Below are positions 15,992 to 30,063 of a DNA stretch of 47,124 nucleotides, one piece after another. The DNA is from a virus. Lineage: Duplodnaviria > Heunggongvirae > Uroviricota > Caudoviricetes. The notes under the pieces were generated by a model that saw nothing but the letters and a program-made list of their open reading frames with translations, was not told the DNA's origin and did not search any database. Location of the stretch: IMG/VR virus record IMGVR_UViG_2939521961_000002, one strand, 5' to 3'. Made by a program: the position numbers and the translations under genes. Position 1 is the first letter of the stretch; each line of letters opens with the position of its first letter.

Positions 15992-17074
15992 TTAGAACTG
16001 GTAAACCATACCTACAGCAACGATATCATCGGTAGCAACGCCAGATGCTTTCGTGAAATCGCTCTTATCAATCAGGTTGATTTTGTAGTCAACAAAAGTG
16101 GACATATTTTTGTTGAAGTAATAGGTTGCACCTACATCAATATATTCAACCAGGTCCTGATCACCCCAAGCACCCAAGTCTTTCCCTTTAGATTGCAGAT
16201 AAGCAACGGACGGACGCAGACCGAAGTCGAACTGATATTGTGCAACTACTTCGAAGTTTTGTGCTTTGTTGGCAATATGGTTTTTACCAAAAACAGTCAT
16301 GTTTTGGGTTTCAGAATAGGTAGTAGCCAGATAGATGTTGTTCGCATCATATTTCAGACCAGCTGCCCATACTTCAGCATTTTGACCAGATGCATTCAGG
16401 CTGTTGTTACCGTAGATAACCTGATTATTAGTGCGATCAGATTTAGCATAGGTTGCACCTACGCCGAAACCTTCATACTCATAAGTAGTGGAGAAACCGA
16501 AACCATCACCATTAGCTTGAGTTACGTCAGTACGGTCATTTTTACCCTGATACTGAGCAGCAAAGTTCAGACCATCAACCAGACCAAAGAAGTCATTGTT
16601 ACGATAAGTTGCAACACCTGTGGTGCGACCAGTCATGAATACATCTGTTTGGGTCCAGGTATCGCCACCGAATTCTGGCAGAACGTCGGTCCATGCACCA
16701 ATATCGTATGCTACACCGTAGTTACGGCCATAATCGATGGAGCCGTAGTCACCGAATTTCAGGCCAGCGAAGGCAAGACGGGTTTTATCTTTGGAGGAAC
16801 CTTGAGATTCAGCGCGGTTGCCTTTGAATTCATATTCCCACTGACCGAAACCAGTCAGTTGATCGTTGATTTGGGTTTCACCTTTGAAGCCAAGACGGGC
16901 ATAAGTAGTATCACCATCATCTGCATCATTAGAGGAGAAGTAGTGCTTAGCATTAACTTTCCCGTACAGATCCAGCTTGTTACTGTCTTTATTATAAATT
17001 TCAGCTGCCTGAGCAGACATCGCCATCAGTACTGATGCAGCTACAGCAGAAATTGCCACTGTTAATTTTTTCAT
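15992..17074 (-). CDS. nmpC: Outer-membrane porin (OmpC/OmpF/NmpC family), intact
   Basis: 360 aa with signal peptide [23 protein letters not shown], aromatic-rich beta-barrel sequence ending ...VAVGMVYQF; convergent to the late operon, as nmpC in DLP12. Confidence 0.88.
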   Translation of the reverse strand: MKKLTVAISAVAASVLMAMSAQAAEIYNKDSNKLDLYGKVNAKHYFSSNDADDGDTTYARLGFKGETQINDQLTGFGQWEYEFKGNRAESQGSSKDKTRLAFAGLKFGDYGSIDYGRNYGVAYDIGAWTDVLPEFGGDTWTQTDVFMTGRTTGVATYRNNDFFGLVDGLNFAAQYQGKNDRTDVTQANGDGFGFSTTYEYEGFGVGATYAKSDRTNNQVIYGNNSLNASGQNAEVWAAGLKYDANNIYLATTYSETQNMTVFGKNHIANKAQNFEVVAQYQFDFGLRPSVAYLQSKGKDLGAWGDQDLVEYIDVGATYYFNKNMSTFVDYKINLIDKSDFTKASGVATDDIVAVGMVYQF

Positions 17075-17502
17075 CGTGAGCCCTTTTTTTTGAACTATTA
17101 TTAAAAAATGATGTCACTGCGCGATAAATATTCATCTAATCAATGTGATTATTTCAAGATGTAAGTTTTGGTTTCTCATTTGATTTGTGAAGTAGATCTC
17201 TATTTTTATCTGAACTTTTTCTATCGAATCCTATTCATGGCTCTTGGCTGAATAAAAATAAATCTATTAGCCAATTTATATTAATGGCTGTTATTTATAA
17301 GTGCCCTATAATTTGAAGGTTCAATTTAAATCGGCTAAAAATAACGCTGGAAATTATTTGTTGGTTATTTGTTGAGATTTGTTTATGTATTTGTAGTGGT
17401 GTTTTCAATACTCGGTAGCATTCTCGCAAATATCATTTAGTGGTTTACGTACGTAAAAAATTGGTTATGCTGTTAAGAGTGGTTACTTCGTCACACAGCT
17501 TA

Positions 17503-17525
17503 AACCCGCCGTCGAGCGGGTTTTT
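17503..17525 (+). terminator. Intrinsic terminator upstream of the lysis cassette (tR'-like candidate)
   Basis: AACCCGC-CGTCGA-GCGGGTT followed by TTTTTCCATTTTTT. Confidence 0.45.
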
Positions 17526-17662
17526 CCATTTTTTGAGTCTCGATATTAGCTGATAACCCAATACCTGAGTTATTCACTGACTCCGAGTCTGTTACGTTTC
17601 TGCTTTTTTGCGATACGTTGTATTCCCTCAATTTACACCCGCTTTGTCTGCGAGGTGGGGTT

Positions 17663-17878
17663 ATGAAATCCATGGATAAGTTAACAACGGGTGTCGCCTA
17701 TGGCACCTCAGCAGGTAGTGCCGGTTACTGGTTTTTACAGCTGCTCGATAAAGTCACGCCCTCACAGTGGGCAGCAATAGGTGTGCTGGGTAGCCTGGTA
17801 TTTGGCCTGCTGACGTACCTGACAAACCTTTATTTCAAGATTAAAGAAGATAAGCGCAAGGCTGCGAGAGGTGAATAA
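17663..17878 (+). CDS. essD: Holin, phage-21 S-type pinholin with dual start motif
   Basis: 71 aa [29 protein letters not shown]...KRKAARGE; Met1/Met4 dual-start arrangement; GAGGTGGGG upstream. Confidence 0.85.
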
Positions 17879-18375
17879 TGCCTCCATCATTACGAAAAGC
17901 CGTTGCTGCTGCTATTGGTGGCGGAGCAATTGCTATAGCATCAGTGTTAATCACTGGCCCAAGTGGTAACGATGGTCTGGAAGGTGTCAGCTACATACCA
18001 TACAAAGATATTGTTGGTGTATGGACTGTATGTCACGGGCATACAGGAAAAGACATCATGCTCGGTAAAACGTATACCAAAGCAGAATGCAAAGCACTCT
18101 TGAATAAAGACCTTGCCACTGTCGCCAGACAAATTAACCCGTACATCGAAGTCGATATACCGGAAACAACGCGCGGCGCTCTTTACTCATTCGTTTACAA
18201 CGTGGGTGCTGGCAATTTCAGAACATCGACGCTTCTTCGCAAAATAAACCAGGGCGATATCAAAGGCGCATGTGATCAGCTACGTCGCTGGACATATGCT
18301 GGCGGTAAGCAATGGAAAGGTCTCATGACTCGTCGTGAGATTGAGCGTGAAATCTGTTTGTGGGGTCAGCAATGA
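17878..18375 (+). CDS. rrrD: SAR endolysin (T4-lysozyme-like with N-terminal signal-arrest-release helix)
   Basis: 165 aa; hydrophobic Gly/Ala-rich N-terminus [20 protein letters not shown]; lysozyme-like body; start overlaps holin stop. Confidence 0.85.
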   Translation: MPPSLRKAVAAAIGGGAIAIASVLITGPSGNDGLEGVSYIPYKDIVGVWTVCHGHTGKDIMLGKTYTKAECKALLNKDLATVARQINPYIEVDIPETTRGALYSFVYNVGAGNFRTSTLLRKINQGDIKGACDQLRRWTYAGGKQWKGLMTRREIEREICLWGQQ

Positions 18376-18833
18376 ACAGAGTAACCGCGATTATCTCCGC
18401 TCTGGTTATCTGCATCATCGTCTGCCTGTCATGGGCTGTTAATCATTACCGTGATAACGCCATTACCTACAAAGCCCAGCGCGACAAAAATGCCAGAGAA
18501 CTGAAGCTGGCGAACGCGGCAATTACTGACATGCAGATGCGTCAGCGTGATGTTGCTGCGCTCGATGCAAAATACACGAAGGAGTTAGCTGATGCGAAAG
18601 CTGAAAATGATGCTCTGCGTGATGATGTTGCCGCTGGTCGTCGTCGGTTGCACATCAAAGCAGTCTGTCAGTCAGTGCGTGAAGCCACCACCGCCTCCGG
18701 CGTGGATAATGCAGCCTCCCCCCGACTGGCAGACACCGCTGAACGGGATTATTTCACCCTCAGAGAGAGGCTGATCACTATGCAAAAACAACTGGAAGGA
18801 ACCCAGACGTATATTAATGAGCAGTGCAGATAG
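18372..18833 (+). CDS. rzpD: Rz i-spanin
   Basis: 153 aa with N-terminal TM helix and coiled-coil periplasmic domain; Rz1 embedded in the +1 frame. Confidence 0.8.
   Translation: MNRVTAIISALVICIIVCLSWAVNHYRDNAITYKAQRDKNARELKLANAAITDMQMRQRDVAALDAKYTKELADAKAENDALRDDVAAGRRRLHIKAVCQSVREATTASGVDNAASPRLADTAERDYFTLRERLITMQKQLEGTQTYINEQCR
18592..18774 (+). CDS. rzoD: Rz1 o-spanin lipoprotein (embedded in Rz)
   Basis: 60 aa; lipobox LVVVGC; proline-rich ([16 protein letters not shown]). Confidence 0.7.
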   Translation: MRKLKMMLCVMMLPLVVVGCTSKQSVSQCVKPPPPPAWIMQPPPDWQTPLNGIISPSERG

Positions 18834-18864
18834 AGCTGCCCATATCGATGGGCAACTCATGCAA

Positions 18865-19158
18865 TTATTGTGAGCAATACACACGCGCTTCCAGCGGAGT
18901 ATAAATGCCTAAAGTAATAAAACCGAGCAATCCATTTACGAATGTTTGCTGGGTTTCTGTTTTAACAACATTTTCTGCGCCGCCACAAATTTTGGCTGCA
19001 TCAACAGTTTTCTCCTGTCCAATTCCCGAAACGAAGAAGTGATGGGTGATGGTTTCCTTTGGTGTTACTGCTGTCGGTTTGTTTCCAACAGTAAACGTCT
19101 GTTGAGCACATCCTGTAATAAGCATTGCCAGAGCGGCAGAAAACAACATTTTTTTCAT
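18865..19158 (-). CDS. bor: Bor lipoprotein (serum-resistance family)
   Basis: 97 aa from internal ATG MKKMLFSAALAMLITGCAQQTFTV... matches lambda Bor; lipobox ITGC. Confidence 0.9.
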   Translation of the reverse strand: MKKMLFSAALAMLITGCAQQTFTVGNKPTAVTPKETITHHFFVSGIGQEKTVDAAKICGGAENVVKTETQQTFVNGLLGFITLGIYTPLEARVYCSQ

Positions 19159-19498
19159 CTTATTATCCTGCATTGTTAAAAACGGCAGAATCCTATGTGA
19201 CAACAATTAAACGATAGTTAAATGGATTGATGAAAATTAAAACTATATAGGTGGATGCTCAGCCTATTGGAGGAGGGGGGCACTCAGAATCCTGTGGAAT
19301 GAAATAAACCGCTCTATCTGTCCATTACCCTTTTAGCTGCGCTGTATCGTCGCCGTATTCCCGCATTAACCATGACCGTAGCCCGACGGGGAATTCCTTC
19401 TGCGTGAGTGTGCGGGAATAATCAAAAACGATGCACACCGGGTTTTACTGTGCTGACTGAACCGCCCCGGGTTCCTGGAGAGTGTTTTATCTGTGAAC

Positions 19499-20389
19499 TC
19501 AGGCTGCCAGATCATCGTTTCCGATGGAAGCATAATAAGCTTTTTCTGCTTCTGCCGGAGGAGTATGGCCCAGCCTTCCCAGCAATCGTCGATTGTTATA
19601 CCAGTCCACCCACGTTAGTGTGGCCAGTTCCACTTCTGCACGGTTTTTCCAGCTCTTACGGTGTATTACCTCCGCTTTGTAAAGACCATTGATGCTCTCA
19701 GCCATCGCGTTGTCATACGAGTCGCCTGTACTCCCTGTTGATGCCAGTAATCCGGCTTCTTTTAGTCGCTCCGTATAGGCCAGTGACACATACTGAGAGC
19801 CTTTATCGCTGTAATGGATGGTGCCAGACGGACGACGGGCCCACAACGCCTGCTCCAGCGCATCCAGCACGAATGTCGTTTCCATAGACGATGAGACCCG
19901 CCCCCCCACGATGTATCCGGCAAACACATCAATGATAAACGCCACATAGACGAAGCCCTGCCATGTGCTGACGTAAGTAAAATCAGCCACCCACAGCTGG
20001 TCAGGACGTTCTGCCACGAACTGACGGTTTACGCGGTCACCTGTGGCAACGGTTTTCCGGCTGACGGTAGTGCGGACCTTTTTACCCCGGAGAACACCGG
20101 CAAGTCCCATAACCGCCATGAGGCGCGCCACTGTACATCTGGCCACCCTGATTCCTTCCCGTAACAACTGACGCCAGACTTTACGCACACCGTACACCTG
20201 ATGATTTTCATCGTATACGCGCTGTATCTCTCTCTTCAGCCAGTCATCGTGCTGCGCACGGGCACTGCGTTTATCCGGATGATGTCGCTGTTGCTGACAA
20301 TGGTAATACGTTGACGGGGCAATATGCAGTTCGCTGCATACCGGTCCGACCCCGTACTGCTCACGCAGCTTATCCAGCAGTGGCATCAT
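19499..20389 (-). CDS. IS3-family transposase OrfB, copy 2
   Basis: 296 aa; near-identical to 4166..5056 product with several substitutions. Confidence 0.85.
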   Translation of the reverse strand: MMPLLDKLREQYGVGPVCSELHIAPSTYYHCQQQRHHPDKRSARAQHDDWLKREIQRVYDENHQVYGVRKVWRQLLREGIRVARCTVARLMAVMGLAGVLRGKKVRTTVSRKTVATGDRVNRQFVAERPDQLWVADFTYVSTWQGFVYVAFIIDVFAGYIVGGRVSSSMETTFVLDALEQALWARRPSGTIHYSDKGSQYVSLAYTERLKEAGLLASTGSTGDSYDNAMAESINGLYKAEVIHRKSWKNRAEVELATLTWVDWYNNRRLLGRLGHTPPAEAEKAYYASIGNDDLAA

Positions 20390-20712
20390 TTTTTCCAGAG
20401 GCGGTCGAACTCCGCCTTCGCAAAATAAGCGGAAGCCTGGCGAAGGATATCGTTACTGCGGCGCAGTTCACGATTTTCACGTTCCAGCTCTTTCAGACGC
20501 TGACGTTCAGCGCTGGTGAGCCCACCATCACCGCCCCCGGTATCCCGCTCATGCTGGCGAACCCAGACACGCAGGGTCTCCGGCGTACAGCCAATCTTTG
20601 GGGCAATGGAACAAATTGCCGCCCACTGTGAGTCATATTCATCCTGACTTTCCAGAACCATACGAATCGCCCGCTGACGGACTTCGGGGGAAAAACGAGT
20701 ATTTTTAGTCAT
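20386..20712 (-). CDS. IS3-family transposase OrfA, copy 2
   Basis: 108 aa identical in length to 3843..4169 product. Confidence 0.85.
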   Translation of the reverse strand: MTKNTRFSPEVRQRAIRMVLESQDEYDSQWAAICSIAPKIGCTPETLRVWVRQHERDTGGGDGGLTSAERQRLKELERENRELRRSNDILRQASAYFAKAEFDRLWKK

Positions 20713-20829
20713 CCTGTTTACCTCTTTCTCAGGGAGTTTAGTCTCCAGGATTTCCGGGGCGGTTCAGACAGACGCAGGGTTACCCTCATAGTCGCTTTTC
20801 CGGTGCGATGGTGGAAGAAACCGGGATGT

Positions 20830-21024
20830 TTATTCATCATCACTTTGGATTGATGTATATGCTCTCTTTTCTGACGTTAGTCTCCGACGGCAGGCTTCAA
20901 TGACCCAGGCTGAGAAATTCCCAGACCCTTTTTGCTCAAGAGCGATGTTAATTTGTTCAATCATTTGGTTAGGAAAGCGGATGTTGCGGGTTGTTGTTCT
21001 GCGGGTTTTGTTCTTCGTTGACAT
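20830..21024 (-). CDS. ylcI: YlcI-like small protein (RHH-like)
   Basis: 64 aa MSTKNKTRRTTTRNIRFPNQMIEQINIALEQKG...; matches DLP12 YlcI from memory. Confidence 0.6.
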   Translation of the reverse strand: MSTKNKTRRTTTRNIRFPNQMIEQINIALEQKGSGNFSAWVIEACRRRLTSEKRAYTSIQSDDE

Positions 21025-21223
21025 GAGGTTGCCCCGTATTCAGTGTCGCTGATTTGTATTGTCTGAAGTTGTTTTTACGTTAAGTTGATGCAGATCAATT
21101 AATACGATACCTGCGTCATAATTGATTATTTGACGTGGTTTGATGGCGTAGATGCACGTTGTGACATATAGATGATAATTATTATCATTTTGCGGGTCCT
21201 TTCCGGCGATCCGACAGGTTACG

Positions 21224-21235
21224 GGGCGGCGACCT
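21224..21235. other. cos: cosN cohesive-end site
   Basis: GGGCGGCGACCT followed by CGCGGGTTTTCGCTATTTATGAAAATTTTCCGG, matching the lambda left end from memory. Confidence 0.8.
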
Positions 21236-21412
21236 CGCGGGTTTTCGCTATTTATGAAAATTTTCCGGTTTAAGGCGTTTCCGTTCTTCTTCGTCGTAAC
21301 TTAATGTTTTTATTTAAAACACCCTCTGAAAAGAAAGGAAACGACAGGTGCTGAAAACGAGCTTTTTGGCCTCTGTCGTTTCCTTTCTCTGTTTTTGTCC
21401 GTGGAATGAACA

Positions 21413-21932
21413 ATGGAAGTCAACAAAAAGCAGCTGGCTGACATTTTCGGCGCGAGTATCCGTACCATTCAGAACTGGCAGGAGCAGGGAATGCCCGTTC
21501 TGCGGGGTGGTGGCAAGGGTAATGAAGTGCTTTATGACTCTGCCGCCGCCATAAAATGGTATGCCGAAAGGGATGCTGAAATTGAGAACGAAAAGCTGCG
21601 CCGGGAAGTTGAAGAACTGCGGCAGGCCAGCGAGACAGATCTCCAGCCAGGGACTATTGAGTACGAACGCCATCGACTTACGCGTGCGCAGGCCGACGCA
21701 CAGGAGCTGAAAAATGCCAGAGACTCCGCTGAAGTGGTGGAAACCGCATTCTGTACTTTCGTGCTGTCGCGGATCGCAGGTGAAATTGCCAGTATTCTCG
21801 ACGGGATCCCCCTGTCGGTGCAGCGGCGTTTTCCGGAACTGGAAAACCGACATGTTGATTTCCTGAAACGGGATATCATCAAAGCCATGAACAAAGCAGC
21901 CGCGCTGGATGAACTGATACCGGGGTTGCTGA

Positions 21933-21958
<26 letters not shown>
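21413..21958 (+). CDS. nu1: Terminase small subunit Nu1
   Basis: 181 aa MEVNKKQLADIFGASIRTIQNWQEQGMPV... matches lambda Nu1. Confidence 0.95.
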
Positions 21959-25659
<3,701 letters not shown>

Positions 25660-26131
25660 TCTCCCGCATATTGCCAGCATGGCTTTTAATGAGCCGCTGA
25701 TGCTTGAACCCGCCTATGCGCGGGTTTTCTTTTGTGCGCTTGCAGGCCAGCTTGGGATCAGCCGCCTGACGGATGCGGTGTCCGGCGACAGCCTGACTGC
25801 CCAGGAGGCACTCGCGACGCTGGCATTATCCGGTGATGATGACGGACCACGACAGGCCCGCAGTTATCAGGTCATGAACGGCATCGCCGTGCTGCCGGTG
25901 TCCGGCACGCTGGTCAGCCGGACGCGGGCGCTGCAGCCGTACTCGGGGATGACCGGTTACAACGGCATTATCGCCCGTCTGCAACAGGCTGCCAGCGATC
26001 CGATGGTGGACGGCATTCTGCTCGATATGGACACGCCCGGCGGGATGGTGGCGGGGGCATTTGACTGCGCTGACATCATCGCCCGTGTGCGTGACATAAA
26101 AGTAAGCGACTCGTCAGAACCGTATTGATAT

Positions 26132-27703
26132 TTACTGAGAGCTCAGATCAACTTTCCAGGGCAACAGATCGCGTACCCGGTTTGCCGGCCAGTCCTGGAT
26201 ATGTTCAATGACGTAACGCAGCCACTTTTCTGGCTCCACATTGTTCAGACGGCATGTGCCGATCAGCGAGTACAACACCGCCGCATGTTCACCACCGCTG
26301 TCGGAACCCGCGAACATCCAGTTTTTCCGGCCTACGGCCACTCCCCGTAAGGCGTTCTCTGCGATGTTGTTGTCGATTTCCACCCAGCCATTACTGCAGT
26401 ACACGTTCAGTGCATCCCACTGTTTCAGCAGGTATGCGAACGCTTTTGCCGTATCTGAGTGACGCGACAGTGTTTTCATCTGTTGCTGTATCCAGTCATA
26501 CAGTGACTGCATCAGTGGCGCGGCTCTGGCTTTTCTTGCCGCCAGACGCTGTTCTGCTGAACAGCCCCGGACCTCTGCCTCGATGGCATACAGTTCACCG
26601 ATACGCTGCAGGGCTTCCGTGGTGATGTAGGTGGGCGCTCTTGCATGCACATCGTGGATTTTTCTCCGGGCATGAGCCATACACGCGGCTTCCGTTATTC
26701 TGCCGGATTCGTATAACGCCCGGTAACCACCGTAAGCATCGGCCTGAAGCACACCGCTGTAACCGGCCAGGTGATTTTGTGGATGGATACCTTTCCGGTC
26801 CGGACTGTACGCGAACCAGACCGCCGGGGGCATCTGTGAACCGGCGTTACGGTCATCACGGACGTAGACCCACAGCCGGGCTGTCCGGGTTTTACCGCTG
26901 CCCGGCTCCTGGACCGGGACGGGGATATCATCAGCATGGACTTTACCGGGCATCAGCACATACTGGCGCAGGACGTCATACAGCGGCTCCAGCAGTTCAG
27001 CAACAGCACCTGTCCAGCGCCCCAGTGTGGCACGGCTCAGCTCCACTCCCTGACGACGGTATATTTCTGACTGGCGGTATAACGGCAGATGGTCTGCATA
27101 TTTCCCGGTGACAACATGGGCCAGAAGCCCCGCTCCGGCATAACTGCGTGCAATGGGTTTTGAAGGTACTGGTGCCTGCACGATATGGTCGCACCGGCAA
27201 CAGGCCTGTTTCGGACGTTGTGTTTCGATAACCTTAAAGGCGCTGCTGATAAGCTCCAGTTGCTCTGACACATCACATCCCAGAGAACTGAGTTCACCAC
27301 CACAGGCAGGACAGCATTCCTCTTCCGGCCGGATAACCCGGGTTTCACGGGGAAGTGAGGCCGGTAACGGTTTACGGGCTGAAGACTGGCGCAGGGCGGA
27401 TGGCAGTACCGGGTCATATTGCTCACCCAGCGTTTCCGCCATTTCTTCCTGAAGTGCGCTGATTCGCTCCTGTGCTTCCTGTATCTGCCGTTCGGTTTTT
27501 GCACGAAGTTTTTCTGAGCTTTTACCGAACTGCATACGTTGCAGTTTCGCAACCAGCGCCTTCAGCCGGTTGATTTCGGAAGCATAAGCCGCCACCCGCT
27601 GTGAGAGCAGGCGGTTGTATTCAGCCATCTGGCGGATGGTGTCCTGTTGCGTCTGCAACAGTGCCCGCAGGCGGGCGTTCTCATGAGCAAGTGAGGTGTC
27701 CAT
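26132..27703 (-). CDS. IS66-family transposase (TnpC/ORF3)
   Basis: 523 aa with N-terminal leucine zipper-like region, CxxC...CxxC zinc-finger motifs and DDE-type core. Confidence 0.85.
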   Translation of the reverse strand: MDTSLAHENARLRALLQTQQDTIRQMAEYNRLLSQRVAAYASEINRLKALVAKLQRMQFGKSSEKLRAKTERQIQEAQERISALQEEMAETLGEQYDPVLPSALRQSSARKPLPASLPRETRVIRPEEECCPACGGELSSLGCDVSEQLELISSAFKVIETQRPKQACCRCDHIVQAPVPSKPIARSYAGAGLLAHVVTGKYADHLPLYRQSEIYRRQGVELSRATLGRWTGAVAELLEPLYDVLRQYVLMPGKVHADDIPVPVQEPGSGKTRTARLWVYVRDDRNAGSQMPPAVWFAYSPDRKGIHPQNHLAGYSGVLQADAYGGYRALYESGRITEAACMAHARRKIHDVHARAPTYITTEALQRIGELYAIEAEVRGCSAEQRLAARKARAAPLMQSLYDWIQQQMKTLSRHSDTAKAFAYLLKQWDALNVYCSNGWVEIDNNIAENALRGVAVGRKNWMFAGSDSGGEHAAVLYSLIGTCRLNNVEPEKWLRYVIEHIQDWPANRVRDLLPWKVDLSSQ

Positions 27704-27722
27704 ATCCTCACTTTACAACGGG

Positions 27723-28070
27723 TTATATGCGGATTCCAGCGCGTTCCGTTCGTTTCGGGTGCTTCCAGTTGATACCTTCAAGAAGCATGGATAACTGAGC
27801 CGGAGTAAGGTGCACCTTGCCGTCACGGGTGACTGGCCAGACGAAGCGGCCCCGCTCCAGGCGTTTGGTGAAGAGGCACAGTCCGTCACTGTCAGCCCAC
27901 AACACTTTTATCTGGTCACCCCGGCGTCCGCGGAAGATGAACAGGTGTCCGGAGAACGGGTCATCCTTCAGGACGTTCTGAACTTTTGATGCCAGGCCGT
28001 TAAAGCCATTTCGCATATCGGTGATACCTGCAACCAGCCAGATACGCGAACCTGCAGGGAGAGATATCAT
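27723..28070 (-). CDS. IS66-family accessory protein TnpB (ORF2)
   Basis: 115 aa MISLPAGSRIWLVAGITDMRNGFNGLA... typical IS66 Orf2. Confidence 0.8.
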   Translation of the reverse strand: MISLPAGSRIWLVAGITDMRNGFNGLASKVQNVLKDDPFSGHLFIFRGRRGDQIKVLWADSDGLCLFTKRLERGRFVWPVTRDGKVHLTPAQLSMLLEGINWKHPKRTERAGIRI

Positions 28071-28747
28071 CAGTGGCTGCTCCCTTTTATTTCGCGGATA
28101 AGTGTCTGTAATAACGCCGGCGTCAGTTTACCTTTAAGCCTGAGAGTTCCGGCCGGCAGAACCAGCTCACAACACAGACTGTCGGACGGTGTATTTATCT
28201 GCTCTGGTTCCTGTGCGGGGGCCGGGATTTTATTATCCGGCTCCGGCGTTAACGTCACGGGAAGCAGTGCCGGCATATTTTTTCCGGAAGGCAGCAGGCC
28301 ACCTTTCCGGTATTGATGGCGCCAGTTGAAGAGCAGGTTATCGTTGATTCCGTTTTCCCGGGCGATCTGCGCCACACAGGCTCCGGGCTGCAGTGACTGC
28401 TCCACTAAGGCGATTTTAAACTCATAAGGGAAGTTGGGCCGCCGGGGACGTTTTTTTACCACGGGGGCTTCGGATATAACGGTGCTTTCAGGACGTACGA
28501 CTGGTACCGTGGAAAATTGTCCGTAAAGGCAGGCATCAAGTTCCTGCTCCGACATGCCTGCGGGCAAAGGCCACGAAAGGCCAGCTCTCCGAAAGCGCAC
28601 GAACATACTACAAACTGTTGATTTTGGTACACCCAGGCGACGCCCGGCCACAACCCGGGGTAAATGTTCTTCAAAGTGAAGACGTAAAGCTTCAGTGATC
28701 CAGGTCCGGTGTTTCATACGATAGTGTCCATTAAAAATGATGGACAT
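28070..28747 (-). CDS. IS66-family accessory protein TnpA (ORF1), start uncertain
   Basis: Up to 225 aa with HTH-like N-terminal region; overlaps tnpB start; true start may be internal. Confidence 0.6.
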   Translation of the reverse strand: MSIIFNGHYRMKHRTWITEALRLHFEEHLPRVVAGRRLGVPKSTVCSMFVRFRRAGLSWPLPAGMSEQELDACLYGQFSTVPVVRPESTVISEAPVVKKRPRRPNFPYEFKIALVEQSLQPGACVAQIARENGINDNLLFNWRHQYRKGGLLPSGKNMPALLPVTLTPEPDNKIPAPAQEPEQINTPSDSLCCELVLPAGTLRLKGKLTPALLQTLIREIKGSSH

Positions 28748-29270
28748 TATTTTTGTAGAGCCGGAGGAAACAGACCAGACGGTTTAAATGAGCCGGTTAC
28801 ACATAAAACCGGTATGGGCGCTTGCCAACGACATGAACTGCAGTGCAGGTCAGTTGCTTGCCAGTGCCGCCTCCCGGCGTCTGGTCACGCAGACCGCCCG
28901 GACAGGCTCCATCGGCGTCATGATGGCTCACAGTAATTACGGTGCTGCGCTGGAGAAACAGGGTGTGGAAATCACGCTGATTTACAGCGGCAGCCATAAG
29001 GTGGATGGCAACCCCTACAGCCATCTTCCGGATGACGTCCGGGAGACACTGCAGTACCGGATGGACGCAACCCGCCAGATGTTTGCGCAGAAGGTGTCGG
29101 CATATACCGGCCTGTCCGTGCAGGCTGTGCTGGATACCGAGGCTGCAGTGTACAGCGGTCAGGAGGCCATTGATGCCGGACTGGCTGATGAACTTGTTAA
29201 CAGCACCGATGCGATCACCGTCATGCGTGATGCACTGGATGCACGTAAATCCCGTCTCTCAGGAGGGCGA

Positions 29271-29666
29271 ATGACCAAAGAGACTCAATCAACAACTGTT
29301 TCAGCCACTGCTTCGCAGGCTGACGTTACTGACGTGGTGCCAGCGACGGAGGGCGAAAACGCCAGCGCGGCGCAGCCGGACGTGAACGCGCAGATCACCG
29401 CAGCGGTTGCGGCAGAAAACAGCCGCATTATGGGGATCCTCAACTGTGAGGAGGCTCACGGACGCGAAGAACAGGCACGCGTGCTGGCAGAAACCCCCGG
29501 TATGACCGTGGAAACGGCCCGCCGCATTCTGGCCGCAGCACCACAGAGTGCACAGGCGCGCAGTGACACTGCGCTGGATCGTCTGATGCAGGGTGCCCCG
29601 GCACCGCTGGCTGCAGGTAACCCGGCATCTGATGCCGTTAACGATTTGCTGAACACACCAGTGTAA
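29271..29666 (+). CDS. nu3: Scaffolding protein Nu3 (in-frame internal start within C)
   Basis: 131 aa MTKETQSTTVSATASQ... after AGGAGGG; intact despite the upstream IS insertion in C. Confidence 0.8.
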   Translation: MTKETQSTTVSATASQADVTDVVPATEGENASAAQPDVNAQITAAVAAENSRIMGILNCEEAHGREEQARVLAETPGMTVETARRILAAAPQSAQARSDTALDRLMQGAPAPLAAGNPASDAVNDLLNTPV

Positions 29667-29675
29667 GGGATGTTT

Positions 29676-30008
29676 ATGACGAGCAAAGAAACCTTTACCC
29701 ATTACCAGCCGCTGGGCAACAGTGACCCGGCTCATACCGCAACCGCGCCCGGCGGATTGAGTGCGAAAGCGCCTGCAATGACCCCGCTGATGCTGGACAC
29801 CGCCACCCGTAAGCTGGTTGCGTGGGATGGCACCACCGACGGTGCTGCCGTTGGCATTCTGGCGGTTGCTGCTGACCAGACCAGCACCACGCTGACGTTC
29901 TACAAGTCCGGCACGTTCCGTTATGAGGATGTGCTCTGGCCGGAGGCTGCCAGCGATGAGACGAAAAAACGGACCGCGTTTGCCGGAACGGCAATCAGCA
30001 TCGTTTAA
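29676..30008 (+). CDS. D: Head decoration protein D
   Basis: 110 aa [27 protein letters not shown]... matches lambda gpD. Confidence 0.95.
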   Translation: MTSKETFTHYQPLGNSDPAHTATAPGGLSAKAPAMTPLMLDTATRKLVAWDGTTDGAAVGILAVAADQTSTTLTFYKSGTFRYEDVLWPEAASDETKKRTAFAGTAISIV

Positions 30009-30029
30009 CCTTACCCTTCATCACTAAAG

Positions 30030-30050
30030 GCCGCCTGTGCGGCTTTTTTT
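30030..30050 (+). terminator. Hairpin plus T-run between D and E
   Basis: GCCGC-CTGT-GCGGC followed by TTTTTTT. Confidence 0.5.
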
Positions 30051-30063
30051 ACGGGATTTTTTT

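Larger units (their letters stand above)
19458..20766 (-). mobile_element. IS3-family insertion sequence (IS629/IS1203-like), copy 2, inverted
   Basis: 1309 bp; ends TGAACCGCCCCGG; flanked by 3-bp direct repeat GAC (19455..19457, 20767..20769); differs from copy 1 by a 1-bp indel and scattered substitutions. Confidence 0.9.
26102..28800 (-). mobile_element. IS66-family insertion sequence
   Basis: 2699 bp; 8-bp target duplication ACATAAAA (26094..26101 and 28801..28808); imperfect terminal repeats starting GTAA; three ORFs tnpA-tnpB-tnpC on the minus strand. Confidence 0.85.

Noticed and set aside
16193-17035. 280-aa plus-strand ORF
   Set aside because: Antisense to the porin gene; the translation has no start context and the porin reading is strongly supported.
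3789-20766. Composite transposon formed by the two IS629-like copies
   Set aside because: Each copy has its own, different 3-bp target duplication (GCA versus GAC) and the copies are not identical, so they are independent insertions.
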